This document shows positions 25,981 to 39,747 of a stretch of DNA of 64,000 nt, piece by piece; the stretch's first letter is position 1; every line of letters starts with the position of its first letter. The notes below the pieces were generated by a model that saw only the letters and a list, made by a program, of their open reading frames with translations, searched no databases and was not told the origin of the DNA. The translations under genes were made by a program, and so were the position numbers. Origin of the DNA: Chiloscyllium plagiosum (Eukaryota); the NCBI RefSeq assembly GCF_004010195.1, contig NC_057719.1:77098702-77162701 (forward strand), given 5' to 3'.

Positions 25981-28152
25981 TGAACCATTCTTCAGAGGTA
26001 TTTTAAAAGGTTTATAAAATCAAGGCAAACCAGCTAAGACTCAGTTAAAGGGTCACCTGAATGTGCTTTCCAACTGGGGAAACAATGAGGTGGAGTTTGC
26101 TATTACTTTTCAAAGTAGTCTGATTGCCATGTTGCTCACCAGCCTTCAATATGGTGATTTAGTATAAGCACACCTCTTTTACAAAATTTCCTCTCTGACA
26201 CGTAATACATGTTCTATCGCCTTCTTGCGATGAGGAAATTCACGTGAAGAGCTTTCAACGTTAAAACCAAAGAGACCATTTTAAGCAGAAATAGTTAACT
26301 TGGAATATTAAGGTAATATGTTTGCTCTCTTAATTGGTGTGTTTTGAGTACTTCACATTACTATGTAGGCCTTTATTACTTTTTGCTGGAAAAGAATATA
26401 ATAATGTTTAGTGTGCAACATTCTGGCTGTATGGCAAATTTTGAACCGACTGTTGTTTTGCGATGGGTGTACAATAAGTTACGTCATTGCTAGCTGGACA
26501 GTAAAAGTTGCATTTTTAATTACCATAGCCCTGACTTTGAAGGACAGCTTTTGTTCAAATGTAAAAGTGGAACGGTTTTGTTTATTTTAGAGTTTTTATT
26601 TACACAGTGCATTGTATTAGACAATATGTGACAACCTTATGGGAAACCTTGGACAAAATCATTTTCATTTGATGAATTAATCTTTGCTTTTTTTTCATTC
26701 TGCTCACTAAACAAACTCAAATGAGTGACACCAAGCCCAAATAAGCCTCTTTGTCATCACTTGATTTACCAGGTGTGTATGTATTAGCGAAGGGAAGATA
26801 ATTCGAAAAATTAAGTTCCTCTCTGCCAGCTACAATTGGACACTATTAAATAAGCATGTTCAAAACGGCCACAATCATTATCTCATTAAAATGGTGCCAT
26901 TGTTGTGTTGTCAGGTAAAGGTTGCTGATTTCAGTAAAGTAAATATAGACATTAATTCTCACATTTACACCCAAATGTAGCCCGTATTCTGTTTGCTTTC
27001 TCTTAACAAGTACACTGCCCCCACACCAAGTGTTCAAAGCAGTGTGATATTGGCAGAATGATAGCATATATAGTTAAGCAAGTAAAGTTTGTAGTATTGT
27101 TTAAGTGCAAACTAAGCATTTATTAATTAGGTAGGCAGATCTATAGCAATGTAATGGATTAGTTCCAGACTTTCTCTGTAATTGTAGAAACTGATCTGAA
27201 TTACCAACCTGGTTATATTAATTTCTTTGACTTTTCTACCAGTATAGAACTCATCAGTTACTAGATGTTATTCTTGAAAAGGATCATTTACTCAGATACA
27301 GATTAATTCCCCGTATATTCTAATGAGAAAACTGCTGGTTTACAGGAACAATGTAGACTGAGGTTGCTGCTTTGTAGCTGCGATTCTTAGGCACCATTGC
27401 AAGAATAGCAGATGTAAGTACTTTAAACAAAAGCAGTAGTGAGTAAATCCGGTGTTATAACATTTTTTTGATGGAGATTGTTCAGGATTTACGTATGTGT
27501 ATAAACCTAGGAAATTTAACTTGCTAAATATATTCTCTGTAAATTCCAGTTGAAAGAAGCCTGGATTAAAAAAACACTCCAACATGCTGACCTTGCACCA
27601 TCATTTCATCTGTCTGAGCCAGGTTTTAGAGTTGAGATAATTATTTGCTTTCTCCTAAGACATGTTGAGAGACGGAACAACACACAGCTATTTAATAGGC
27701 TCTGCTTTCAGTCACTAAGATCATGTGAATGTTTTGGTTGTAATGATTATTATCAGTAAGAAGCACCTGACTTATTATAATAGTTCCTTCCTTCATCCAT
27801 GTTCATTCTGTTTCCTCTGCCATATTCTTCTTGACAAAAAAAAAAGTTTTTGGAATTTGAGGAATTCAATTGAAATTTGCTGGTGAAGCCCATTTGATGG
27901 AGGGAGAAGAGCGTAGGAAAGGTTTAGTATGATGAATTACCTTCAAAGGTGGTCATTACTTCAAGGGGACATATACTGTCAGGGTGGGAATATAGGTAGC
28001 AGATGCAATTCAACGTTTAAAGATGTGAAATAAAGTGGAAATCCAATTTGAAGGAACAGCTTTTAACTGGAATAAAGAAACAGAGGAATCTTGTGCAGGT
28101 GCGTGAATTTTTAAGAGGCAAAAATAGAAAATAACATGAAGCAAATATGCTG

Positions 28153-28470
28153 TAGTTGTGAGCATGTTTGCCGAGCTGGGAAGTTGATTTGTAGACATTT
28201 CGTCCCCTTTCTAACTGACATCCTCTGTCTTTGGGGCCTCCTGTGAAGCGCTGCTATACTGTGTCTTATTTAACTTAATTGATTTTGTAACCAAAACGAA
28301 ACCAATTAAATTCCAAAAGAGACAGTACAGCAGCGCTTCACAGGATGCTCCAAAGCACTGAGGATGTCAGTTAGAAAGGGGACAAAATCTCTGCTAATCA
28401 ACATCCCGGCTAAGTGAACGTACCCACAACTATGGCAACCAGCATCCATGCTACAAATCTTTACGCAGAC
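28153..28470. mobile_element. Inverted dimer of the terminal repeat of a Penelope-like element (resembles 7405-7560)
   Basis: Inverted arms spanning 28153-28432 (ctgacatcctc..cctgtgaagcgctgct / agcagcgcttcacagg..gaggatgtcag). Confidence 0.78.
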
Positions 28471-29331
28471 CTTGATCAATCCTTTGTTTTGTATATCAAA
28501 ATCAAAAGGATGATATCAGACTAATTTGAGATGTTAAAGTATAGTCGAAGTCGATGCATTATTTTGGGCACTGCAATATAGGAAAGATAGTGATGGTGAA
28601 AGATTTGTAGAATTAAATCCATTGGATGATTCCCGGGCTGAGGAATTACTATGATAAGGAGAGTCTTGAAAGTTGTAGCCTTTGTTTTAAATTGTTGCTG
28701 AGAACGTCAAAGGTGACTTGATGGACATCTTCAAGATTATGTAGGGTCGAGATAATGTGTGCTGTAGCAGTTGGGTTGAACTTAAATGAGAAGACAAGAA
28801 GAGGCTGCAAATATAAGATGGCAAAGGGAAGCAAGTGAAAATTAGAAAACATATCTTTGCATAGTATCTAATTAGAATGAAGGATCTTGCTCACAAGCAC
28901 TTACTGAATCTTTATCTAATTTAGTTTTAATAAGGGAATGGTGGCTGTTTAAAAAGAATATTGAAGGCAACAGAGAAACAAAAGCGCGAATGAGTTTAGG
29001 TGGCACATGTGGAGAAACAAATACCATGATAAAACTTGAGAAGTTAGAACAGACTATTTTATGTCATACTAATATGTTTCAATAATTCTACTGTTTTGAT
29101 GATATTTTTATAAAATATTCAGTGCCAGTCATGATACTAGTAAAGTGTTTAGGGTACTTTCGTTAACTGTATAGCTTAATTTGTGTAGTGTTTGGTGGAT
29201 CAGCACTGATAACCTTTGGAACAGCATTTAAAGGTAACAATGTCTGGGCACCTCTAACTGATCCATATAAAGTTTGGTCATTTTGGTTAACTTCTAGTAT
29301 AAGAACTATTGTAATCCTCTTTGCTTTTTGA

Positions 29332-29580
<249 letters not shown>

Positions 29581-31841
29581 TAATACTCCAGATGTGTCTC
29601 ATGCTGATATCGCCATGCTTCAGTGTCTTTAAAATAAGCTACTGTGTAATTACCATATATTGTTTTAATTTTCCTTGTCATTGCGTAAATTCTACTCACA
29701 TTGACAAATGGCCTTACGTTCATATCAAAATCTTTTGCATTATCAGGCCTTCCTGCCTGTTCAGTTTTCATCTGCAGTATGCTCAAAGACCCATTAAACA
29801 TTCCCCACGTGCAAGTGCCAGTATGTTCTGTAGTTCACTGCAGTGATGTCCTCGATGAACTTGCTTTTTGATTTGAGTAGGGAGAGTTCAAATCCTCTTG
29901 CATGTTCACTGAGCTCTTCCATGAAGCTACAGTCACCAGTAGATTGCTGCTGTGTCCCCACTTTTGTATGCTCCTGACCGTTTCCATATTTTTGCTTCTT
30001 TAGAAAAGTACAAAAGTTTGAGGGAAGAGGAAGGAAATCCCGTTTTTGAGGCACTGGCTGCAGTTCTTAACTGAATGTCCAGTGTGATCTTTAGTGGGTG
30101 AAAGGATAAATTTGGTTGAATGAGTGAATGGGCAATAATGGATGAAGTAAGCGGTTAGAGTGGGTAAAGTGATTTGGGGGTGCAGTTATTTCAGTTTGGG
30201 GTGTAGTGGCAGAGTTGAGGGGTGGTAGGCATTGTAAGTGACTTGGGGGTCAGTTGTGTAGTTACTAAGAAGTTAGACTAGGATTTTTATGTCTAACATT
30301 TCCTGGGCAACTGTTGAAGTGTGAATGTCAGAACTGTTAGGAGTCCTGGGAAGCAAGGGAACTTTCCTGTTGCAAGTTCAAACTCCCTGGGCAATTCCCA
30401 CAGAGATCAGCAAGATGCCTTGATGCATTTTAGATAATATATCCTATCTCCAAGGTTACAGTGACTGGAAGAGTTGTACCAATGTTGTGGATTACTGTTG
30501 CCTCCACCTGTTGCCTGCATCTCCTCCTAAGGTTAATATCTCAACATAACTCACGGAGAGTGACAATTTCATGCCCCTCACAAATGGCAACTTAGTTTAA
30601 TATTGTGCCACCACGCACGCAACAATCCAGAGCATGCTTTAAAATGTATTCACTTCATATGAACAAAAAAATCTATTTACATTTATGCCTCAACTTTTTA
30701 ATCCTCCAGGTCTTTGAAAAACAATTCACAACCAACAAATTAATTCAGAAAAGTCCACATTGCCCACAAATTCTCACATAGATTCGAGTCTAAAGTATAA
30801 CAGAAACGGGCAGTTCAAGGTTGATGTCTATCGTTTACACACAATCTTATTTCCGCTTTTCTATATCTCCTTGTTCAACGACTTATTCTTAAATATTGCA
30901 ATTGTCTCTACTTCAGCCAGCAGTTCTGGTAGGGTGGTCCACAAACCATTTCTTTAACATATTTCCTGTGTACCTTTATTCTGCTCAGAATGTGATTGCT
31001 TTCAGAGAGTATCTTCTGTGTCACATCCAATATACTCTCTCATTTTTTTGGAATATACAGATGACTTATTTAAGTTTTCAAACTATTTACATCTTTTGCA
31101 TGGACACGGACATCTGCTAGATTTAATGGGAATGACTTGAACAAAGTCTGCATGGGCATTTTCAGGTTGCTCTGTGCGATCATGATGCCGATGGAAATTT
31201 GATCTCATCCCTTGCAAACTTAATCTTCAAATTCTAACAGAATCTGGTCAAAATATTCACTTTGACCGTGAGTAATAAGGTAGATAATCAACTGATAAGG
31301 TAGGGGATGTGAGTGTGGGTGAGATACTCTTTGGAAGGTCAGTGTGGGCTTGATGGGTCAGATGGCCTGCTTCCACACTGTCGTGATTCTATGAATTGAC
31401 AGAGATTGACTTAGTTTAACTGCAAGTCTGAAGGATAACATCACTGATCTCTCCTGCACCGGTGTAATTAAGTGCCAGAGTAGATTTGTGCTAAAATCTG
31501 GTGGTACTTAAACCCATAATATTTTAACTTCAATGCGAGAATATTACCAAATTTGTACTTCATTGCAATGAGGAGGATGAAAGCATTTGTTTTATGAAAT
31601 GGTAAAAATTTTGGATAAATATTGGAAAACACTTGGATATATTAAAAATTCTTAAGTATAACTTTCTTGCCAATGAGAAATATGAAAACTAAATACTCAA
31701 GCAGAACTTTGAATGTAGTGTTTTTTTTAATGTCTTCATTGACTCATGTGTAACCAAAAGTATGTGAATTTTAAACACAATATGTAACTTAATTTTCTAA
31801 TGAAATATTTGATTTCAGAAAATTATCTGGCCATCTCTTAA

Positions 31842-31964
<123 letters not shown>

Positions 31965-33304
31965 TAATATCAATCTCTTTGTATCACAAAGGTAATCTTT
32001 AACAGCAGCGATTGTATTCTGTTTGAATTTTGTGGTCGTAAAGGTGATGAATTTTAAAACTGGAGGAGGGAACATGTTCTATTTTGGAAAATCAATGTTA
32101 ACAAATTAGCTAGCAATGTTTCCTCAACCATAAAATAAGTACAGATGATGAATGTGTTTCAATCTATCCAACTAATCCTTCAGTAAAAACTTCAAATGTC
32201 TCCTTGCTCCTGCTCAATGACTCCACAATCCATTTGGCTTCTCTAAAGTATCCGAAAGACTATTCCGTCTCACTCCGTTTTCTAACACTGTAAAATAGAC
32301 TTATTATCTTTTTTTGTACGGTTTCAATGACTTCAAGTTAAATATTATCTCCAGGAGCAGCCCTATGAAACTTTCTTAAACTAGCTATTCCTTGTTCTTT
32401 TTAAGTGAAATTCTCAATCATTGTCAAATAAAGAGCACTTTTGTACTATGAACTTATCTGATTGATTGGTTGAAATTGTTTAAACTCATTTATTGGATTG
32501 AAAAAGACATATGGGAGATAATGTTAAATGCCATGGAGTCATTTTTCAGCTATTTGTATGTGTCCATGTTACTCTGTTACTCGATCAGTTCAGGAGCTAC
32601 AAGTCTCGCTGGGGTATAAACCCTGAGTTTTGCCCATGCCAAATAAAAGTGCCCCAGCACCCGCTGGCAAGCAAAGAAGCAGTTTCCTTCTGAGTGGCAT
32701 TTAACTTTTTTTTTCATTTCTAAATCTTTTCATGGGTATTGTCCATTCTGCAGTGGATGCAGAAAGCTGTAAATGAAGCTTTCTCCTGTCGGTGAGAGAC
32801 TTTCAAAATGAACCGAAATAAAACCAGAACAGATGCAGGACTGGCATAGTAAATGTGGAGCTTTTACTGATAGTGTGCAATAGGGAAGACAACTTTAAAA
32901 TATTCTTGAATGACTGCGTTTGCTATTAATGCGCTCACTCGGGAGACTGTTATCTCGTAACCATTAATTTCTTCCTTCATCATTTTAAAAATTTTCCTTT
33001 TATATTTGCTCCAAACACACATTGAGGGAGCATGTTCCACATTGTAACCTATCTTTTGATGAAGGAGTTTCTGTCGAATTTCCGATATGGATGGCCTCTA
33101 GTTCTGCTCTTCCCCACAAGAGGAAACATTCCTTCCATAGTCATTCTATCAAAACCTTTCATAATTTGATTTGTTAGCTTGTCCCTTAGTCTTCATTTTT
33201 CAAGAGAGAACATAGTCAGTCTGTCAATCTTTTCCTGATATATAGGGAGCTATTTAATGCATGCAATGTGACCTTGCCGACTAGTTGAAGATCTGATAGG
33301 AGCA

Positions 33305-33845
33305 GGTGCCGGGGAAGCTGAAAGGTCTGACAGTGGATAAATCACCCAGACCTGATGGACTACGCTCCAGAGTTCTGAAAGAAATAGCTGAACAGGTTAT
33401 GGAGGCACTGGTGGTGATCTTTCAGAAATCACTGGCGTCAAGGAGGGTCCTAGAGAACTGGAAAATGGCTAATGTAACACCCTGTTTAAGAAGGGAAGGA
33501 GGCAGAAGACAGGAAACTATAGACTGGTTAGTCTGATCATGGTCATTGGTAAGATTTTAGAGTCCATTGTGAAGGATGAGATTGCAGAGCACTTGGAAGT
33601 GTATGGTAAAATAAGACAGAGACAGCACAACTTCGTGAAAGAATGGTCGTACTTGACAAATCTATTCAAATTCTTAGGAGCTATTGAGCAACTGAGAAGG
33701 AAGAGAGCCATTGAACATGATCTATTTGGAAATCCAGATGGCCTTTGACAAGTGCAGCAGAGGGTTGCGAAATAAGCTGAGAGCCCACGGTGTTAGAGGC
33801 AAAGTACTGGCATGGATCGAGGCTTGACTGACAGACAGGAGCAGG
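33305..33845 (+). mobile_element. CR1 RT internal fragment
   Basis: DKSPRPDGLRSRVLKEIAE..LVVIFQKSL..WKMANVTP; GKILESIVKDEI. Confidence 0.85.
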
Positions 33846-35354
33846 GAGAAATTTGATTTTTTTTTAAACTGAAGGATCAGTTGGATGGAATGAAACATCC
33901 TCATCTTTGCATTTATTTCATAGTAGATAGAGGAAACATTTTCTGGCTGCTAAACCTAATTCGTTAACACTGATTTCCCAAAATTGAAAATATTTTCTTC
34001 TCTAGTGTTAAAGTTCTTCACCTTGATGACCACCAAATTCATAATGAAAATACAATTGCTGCCTTTCGAGAAGATAGATAAGCTTCCAAAAGGAGTAGTG
34101 AAGATGAAAACTCAGAATCACTTCAATGCTTGTGGCTTTGGACGCATTTGTTCACATGGGTCAAATAGCTTTTCTGTATTTTTCATGTAGTTTCTAAGAT
34201 TACATTCCCTTGTTCCTGAATTTCCCAATTATTGTCATTTGTCATTACTGTTCTACTCTGTTACAAACCATTTGTTATTTAAAAGGCTTGAATCATTCAG
34301 TTGTTCCACCTGAAGGGAACACCACCAAAGTCATTAATTATAGCTAAATTCCTTCATCCCTAATGTCAATGTGGTGAATTATTGCTGGTTTACTGCCTTT
34401 TCAAAGGCCACTATATCCTTCCTGAGGTGCAATGCAAAAACAACTGAGCACAGTGCCATGAGTAAGGTCTGAGTGATAAGTAATTTGCAGTAATATTTTT
34501 TGTTGTTCTATTCCTGTTGTGATGAAACCTGTTGTGCAGTTAGTCCTTTTAATTAGTCTTTGCACCAGCATGCCAGTTTTTAATAGATTATTTAATCAGA
34601 ACCTTTAAATTCCTTTTTAATCTATTTCCAGTATTTCCACAACAAGCATATTGCCATGCTGTTATTTTATGACCAAAGTGCACTATTTCATGCTTGTTAT
34701 GTTAAACTGAATTGATAATCATAATATGCACTGGCTTAATCTTTTAATAACCATGAGCAACTTTTGCTATCATTTTCACAGGTTAATATCATCTGCAAAA
34801 TTGGATATGTCCTCCTTTTATTAAAAAAAATTATGCCCATTTGTCCAGAGCATGGACACCTTGGGCCCCTATGAGGAAATACTTGACACTGCTCATCAAT
34901 CCAGATTGTCTATCTTTTTGCTGCTCTGCTCCTTGCCACAAGATTGCCTCCAGTTCTATGTCATTAATTTTAGTGAAGTTTCTTTGAAAGGTTTTTGTTT
35001 TAAGTGTACACATTGATCTCCTTCTATTCATCACCTCAATGATTGTGTTTAAAATAAATTGTTTAGTTTGGTTTACTTTTCAAAGAACCAGATTCTTCAA
35101 TGATTAACTGTGAAATAATGTTCGATGTTTTATTGCACTAATTTGCTTTTTTTTATGCATGTTATCCATTTGATCGTTTCAGTTGTTGATGTTTTGTTAG
35201 CTTTATTTTGAATATATTTTTCTTTAAGATCTATCTTAAAGTAACTATCTTGACCTTTTTATTAGTGGATCTTGCCTGTTTAACTTGGTGTTACAAACCA
35301 ATTCTATATTTTAAACAAAGCATTGTTAACTGAATGTGCTGGAACTGAAAGTGA

Positions 35355-35534
<180 letters not shown>

Positions 35535-37073
35535 TAAGTTGTCCCATTTCAAGAAGCAACTCGTCATAAGTTTTTATAATAGCTGTACAAATCCAAAGGA
35601 TCAGGTTGATGTGTATTATAAAGAGAAAATTCTGGGAATGCTATACAGATCAGGTAGCATCTGTAAAGGGAAAAACAACGTTAATTTATCAGGTCATAAT
35701 GTAGGAAAAGGGTCAGGAATGAGCTGTATGTTCCCTTGAGTCTGCTCTGCTATTAACGATTATGACTTGAGTTTTGACATGAGCTGAACCTGTCTACCTG
35801 CTTCTCTTTGTTGGTTCCCTTAAAAGTTTAAAATTCCACCAAATTCTGCCTCTGACATTTTCATTAACAGAGCATTCATCGTCTTTGCAATAAAGAATAA
35901 CAAAGATTCACAATCCTTTGAAGGTCTTCATTTCTGTTCATTTCAAACCAAAATAGCTGAACCCTCATCCTATGTCCCCATGTTCTAGATTCTGCAACCA
36001 GGCAATTAGCCTCTCAACATCTATCTATCAAATTCTTTTAGAATGTTTCAGTCATTTCATCTCATTCTTATGAACTCCAGTGTATTGGTTTATTCTACTT
36101 AATCATTTTTATAAGGTAATCCTATCAGCTGAAGAATCAGTCTACTCAATTTAAGGACCGTTACTTTTCATCAGAAGGTGTGCTGCTTGCAGCCATAAAT
36201 TGTTTTTTTTTGCATCAAGTCTACTGCTAAAATGTGTCACTTCTCAAGATGAAGGTGGGATTATAATTTCTAATTAATGTTCTAGTTCTAGATTTTAATC
36301 ATGCAAATTTTCATGATGTAGTTGTGAGCAAGAATGAGCAAGCAAGGAATCTGGGTGACTGGATGTATCAAAACCAGATATTGAATTAGAAGATATTCTT
36401 TCTACTTTTGAAATGTGCTACATAATTATACAGCCTTGGAATGAGAGAAGAATATAAAGACTCATTTCAGAAGAAAGTGCCTTCAAGGCAATATTTGAGT
36501 GGAAATTTTGTGAAGAAGTATTAAGTGAGATGTAAAGTTGAAATCCAATTTAAAAAGAAGACATGCTTGGCAGGTCAGCAGTGTTGATAAAATTCCTGTG
36601 GTTTGCTTCCACCATTTGACAAATCTGTGAATAACTGATTAATTATTTATCATATGTGGAACTAAGCAATCTTGAATTTTATTCTTGATGAATGTATAAT
36701 AGCACATGGCCTCAACAATACATGTACACCATTGTGACACTTTTTATTAGGCATGTGTTATGACGCACTATCAGTTATCTGGTAGTTGCACTCTTCCAGT
36801 TTTTTTTGAGGTAAATCAGCAATAAAACACTCAAACATGACATATGTTCTGTGCTTGGACTGCCACTGATTGTGAGCACAGGACTGTTGGCGGAGGCTAA
36901 CATTCAAGCAGAAGAGTCGAAACCTTTGCTCATGCTTAAAGTAGAAACATTCTGGTTATTGGGAACATTTCTGTATTTCCAGCATTTACCTTGTTTAGTC
37001 CTTTTGAATTTTATATGTGCCTTTGAGATTCCCCACTTATTCTTCGAAACTCCAGTGAATACAGTCCTAGCTG

Positions 37074-37294
37074 GAAATGTGTTGCTGGAAAAGCGCAGCA
37101 GGTCAGGCAGCATCCAGGGAACAGGAGAATCGACGTTTCGGGCATAAGCCCTTCTTCAGGAATGAAGAAGCATGTGAGAATCTGTGTCTCAATTTTTGCC
37201 AAGGAGTGTGTTTATGGGATGTTACTATATTGGAACAGTCAAATTGCATTGGGAAGCTCTGATCTCCAGCATCTGCAGACCTCACTTTCTCCCC
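37074..37294. mobile_element. Penelope-derived short element with intact minimal hammerhead core (minus strand) and captured 86-nt segment
   Basis: 18-nt flanking direct repeats tgaatacagtcctagctg (37056) / tgaatacagtcctaactg (37295); minus strand CCTGAAGAAGGGCTTATGCCCGAAACGTCGA at 37160-37130. Confidence 0.82.
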
Positions 37295-37508
37295 TGAATA
37301 CAGTCCTAACTGATCCAGTTTCTCTTCAGTCATCAGTCCTGCCATGGCAGGAATCAGCCTGGTAAACCTTTATTACATTCCCTCCATAGCTAGAACAATC
37401 CAAAGCTGCACACAGTATTACAGGTGTAGTGTCACCAAGGCCGCTCCAAATATAGCAAGACGTCCCTCTTTCTGTACTCAAATTTTCTTGCTGTGAAGTT
37501 CAATATGC

Positions 37509-37997
37509 TGTTATGGACCAGACCAGACCCTCTCAAAATATTTTAAGAAGATAGCCTAGATCCTAACTTTTTCTTATTTTAAAGGCAAATGGGGAGTGCT
37601 ATGTTCCCAATGCAATTTGACTGTTCCAATATAGTAACATCCCATAAACACATTCCTTGGCAAAAATTGAGACACAGATTCTCACATGCAGTTGTCCATT
37701 GCAGGAGGAAAAAACATCAAGAGAAAATTCAGAGAGCTTAGCTGCCAGGAAACATCCACTGAAGCCTCCAATTTTGTTGAATCCCCAACAGCTTCAGATG
37801 CTACTGAAAGACCAAAATGCAGAAATCCTGATATGCGAGAGCTGGCCACACTCATTCAGGCTGTTCTTTTTAAAAAAAAAACAAAGACTTTCAAGCTATA
37901 TATTCAACAGGTCTGAACTAGCTAGTTCAGCATCTCTTGTTCAGTTTCTCTCTTCAAAGAAACCAGGACAAAAGAACCTCATAGACATAGCATCACC
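37509..37997. mobile_element. Solo-LTR-like insertion
   Basis: Begins TGTTATG, ends gcatcacca, interrupts CR1 sequence; about 490 nt with no coding signal. Confidence 0.5.
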
Positions 37998-38654
37998 AGC
38001 TTCGTGCTCTGCTACATATGCATGTTTACTTTTAGCAGCTGGTGGACAAGATACCCAGGTCTGGTTGCACTGCACCCTTTCCCAAGCTATTGCTATTCAG
38101 ATAATCAGCATTACAGTTTTTGCTATCAAGGTTTTCCCACATTATACTTTATCCTTTTTTTTAGATGCTGTCCAGTCTTCTGCCCTACCACCTGTCTTTG
38201 TACAATACTATCTTGGAATTTTTCATTCCTGCTGAATGTGTAAAATCTGTGTTGGAAAATATCCCCTTAAATGTCTTCCATTGTATCCCTATATACATAT
38301 CCCTCAATCTAATTTGCCAGTTACTTTAGCTTTCTATACTTTCACAATTGCCTTTATTTAAGCTTAAAATGTTACGCTTGAACTCACTCTTCACTCATTC
38401 AAACTGAATATAAAATCTAATCATATTATAAAGATTGCTACCTAAGACCCCTGCATTATGAGAGCATTAACTAATTCTATCTAGTTGCACAATAAACCAG
38501 ACAAATAGATAAACAAGTTAAGCAGATAGATGCATGTCAATGCAGAGAATTGAAAGATGTGTAAGTAACAAGAGGGAAATTATGTACATTTTAAATGATC
38601 AGGTATTGCAAAGACTTGAGGACTAAGGAATATGGTATAAGAAAATTAAAAAAA

Positions 38655-38797
38655 GAACTGTGAATGCTGGTTACCTGAAGCTGAAACAGAAATTGCTGGT
38701 GAAACTCAGCAAGTCTGGCAACATCTGTGGAGAGAAAATAGAGTTAATGTTTCAAATCCAATGATTTTTCTTCAAAACCAACAATTTCTGTTTTTGA
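38655..38797. mobile_element. Palindromic Penelope-derived element subfamily 2, right arm mostly deleted
   Basis: aacagaaattgctgg..ctcagcaagtctggcaacatctgtggagagaaa..caatttctgttttt, as at 18778. Confidence 0.65.
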
Positions 38798-39354
38798 TAT
38801 GGTGTGAGAAACACCATTAAAGATAATAGCACAGTTGATTTTTGTATCTTGCTATGCCGAATACAGAAATAATTAACAAATGTATCCATATCGTAATTGT
38901 GTTAGATTTGGAGCAATATGTGCTATTTTTGTGCACTTCCTTTTAGAAGGAAATAAAACTAATGGATAAAGTGTACTGAATTGTTGAGATAGAACACTTA
39001 AGAGACTCTGCATAAAGAAACACTTATTTATGCAAGTTAGGATAGAATCAGCAGTGATTAATTCTTTCTGCTCATCAGATGGAGAGAGAGTTTGAAGAGG
39101 ACACAAGTTTAAATTGGACATTGCATAAACTTTTTCAATGGTTTTTGTACTTATACCCCGTCACTCCAAAGCAGGCTTGTGTGCAGGCTTTCAGCTCCTT
39201 GTTCCTCAGTTCAACATAAATTGCTGCTGGCAGTAGGGCAAACATTGGTGTAACTTAGTGTAACTGCAGCATAAATCAGATCTTTATCGAGGAGTTTTTA
39301 GGTAGTTTCAGTACTTTGCTGTTTCGGTGTTAATGTGGACAGGGTATTTGCGCT

Positions 39355-39747
39355 GTCCTCACCCTGAATAATTCCTCCTTGGAATCCTCCCGCTTCCTCC
39401 AGACAAAAGGGGTAGCCACAGGCACTCGCATGGGCCCCAGCTATGCCTGCCTGTTTGTCAGTTATGTGGGACAATCCATCTTCCACATTACACTGGCACC
39501 ATTCCCCACCTTTTCCTCCGCTACATGGATGACTATCGGCGCCATCTCGTACTCCCACAAGGAGGTTGAACAGTTCATCAAGTTCATCAACACATTCCAC
39601 CCTGACCTTAAGTTCACCTGGACCATCTCAGACACCTCCCTCCCCTTCCTGCACCTCTCCATCTCCATCAACGGTGACCGACTCAACACAGACGTCATCT
39701 ACAAACCCACTGACTCCCACAGTTACCTGGACTACACCTCCTCCCAC
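39355..39747 (+). mobile_element. Penelope-like RT fragment running into the gap
   Basis: FLQTKGVATGTRMGPSYACLFV; cgctacatggatgac (RYMDD, shifted frame); FINTFHPDLKFTW..LPFLHLSI..YKPTDSHSYLDYTSSH. Confidence 0.88.

Larger units (their letters stand above)
37010..38160 (-). mobile_element. CR1 3' fragment interrupted by two younger insertions
   Basis: CR1 sequence (LGLYSLEFRRISG on minus) resumes after 37294 and again after about 37997. Confidence 0.75.

Noticed and set aside
37657..38235. 192-aa ORF sharing MAKIETQILTC with a minus-strand ORF
   Set aside because: It spans an LTR-like insert and antisense CR1; the shared start simply reflects the 86-nt inverted duplication.
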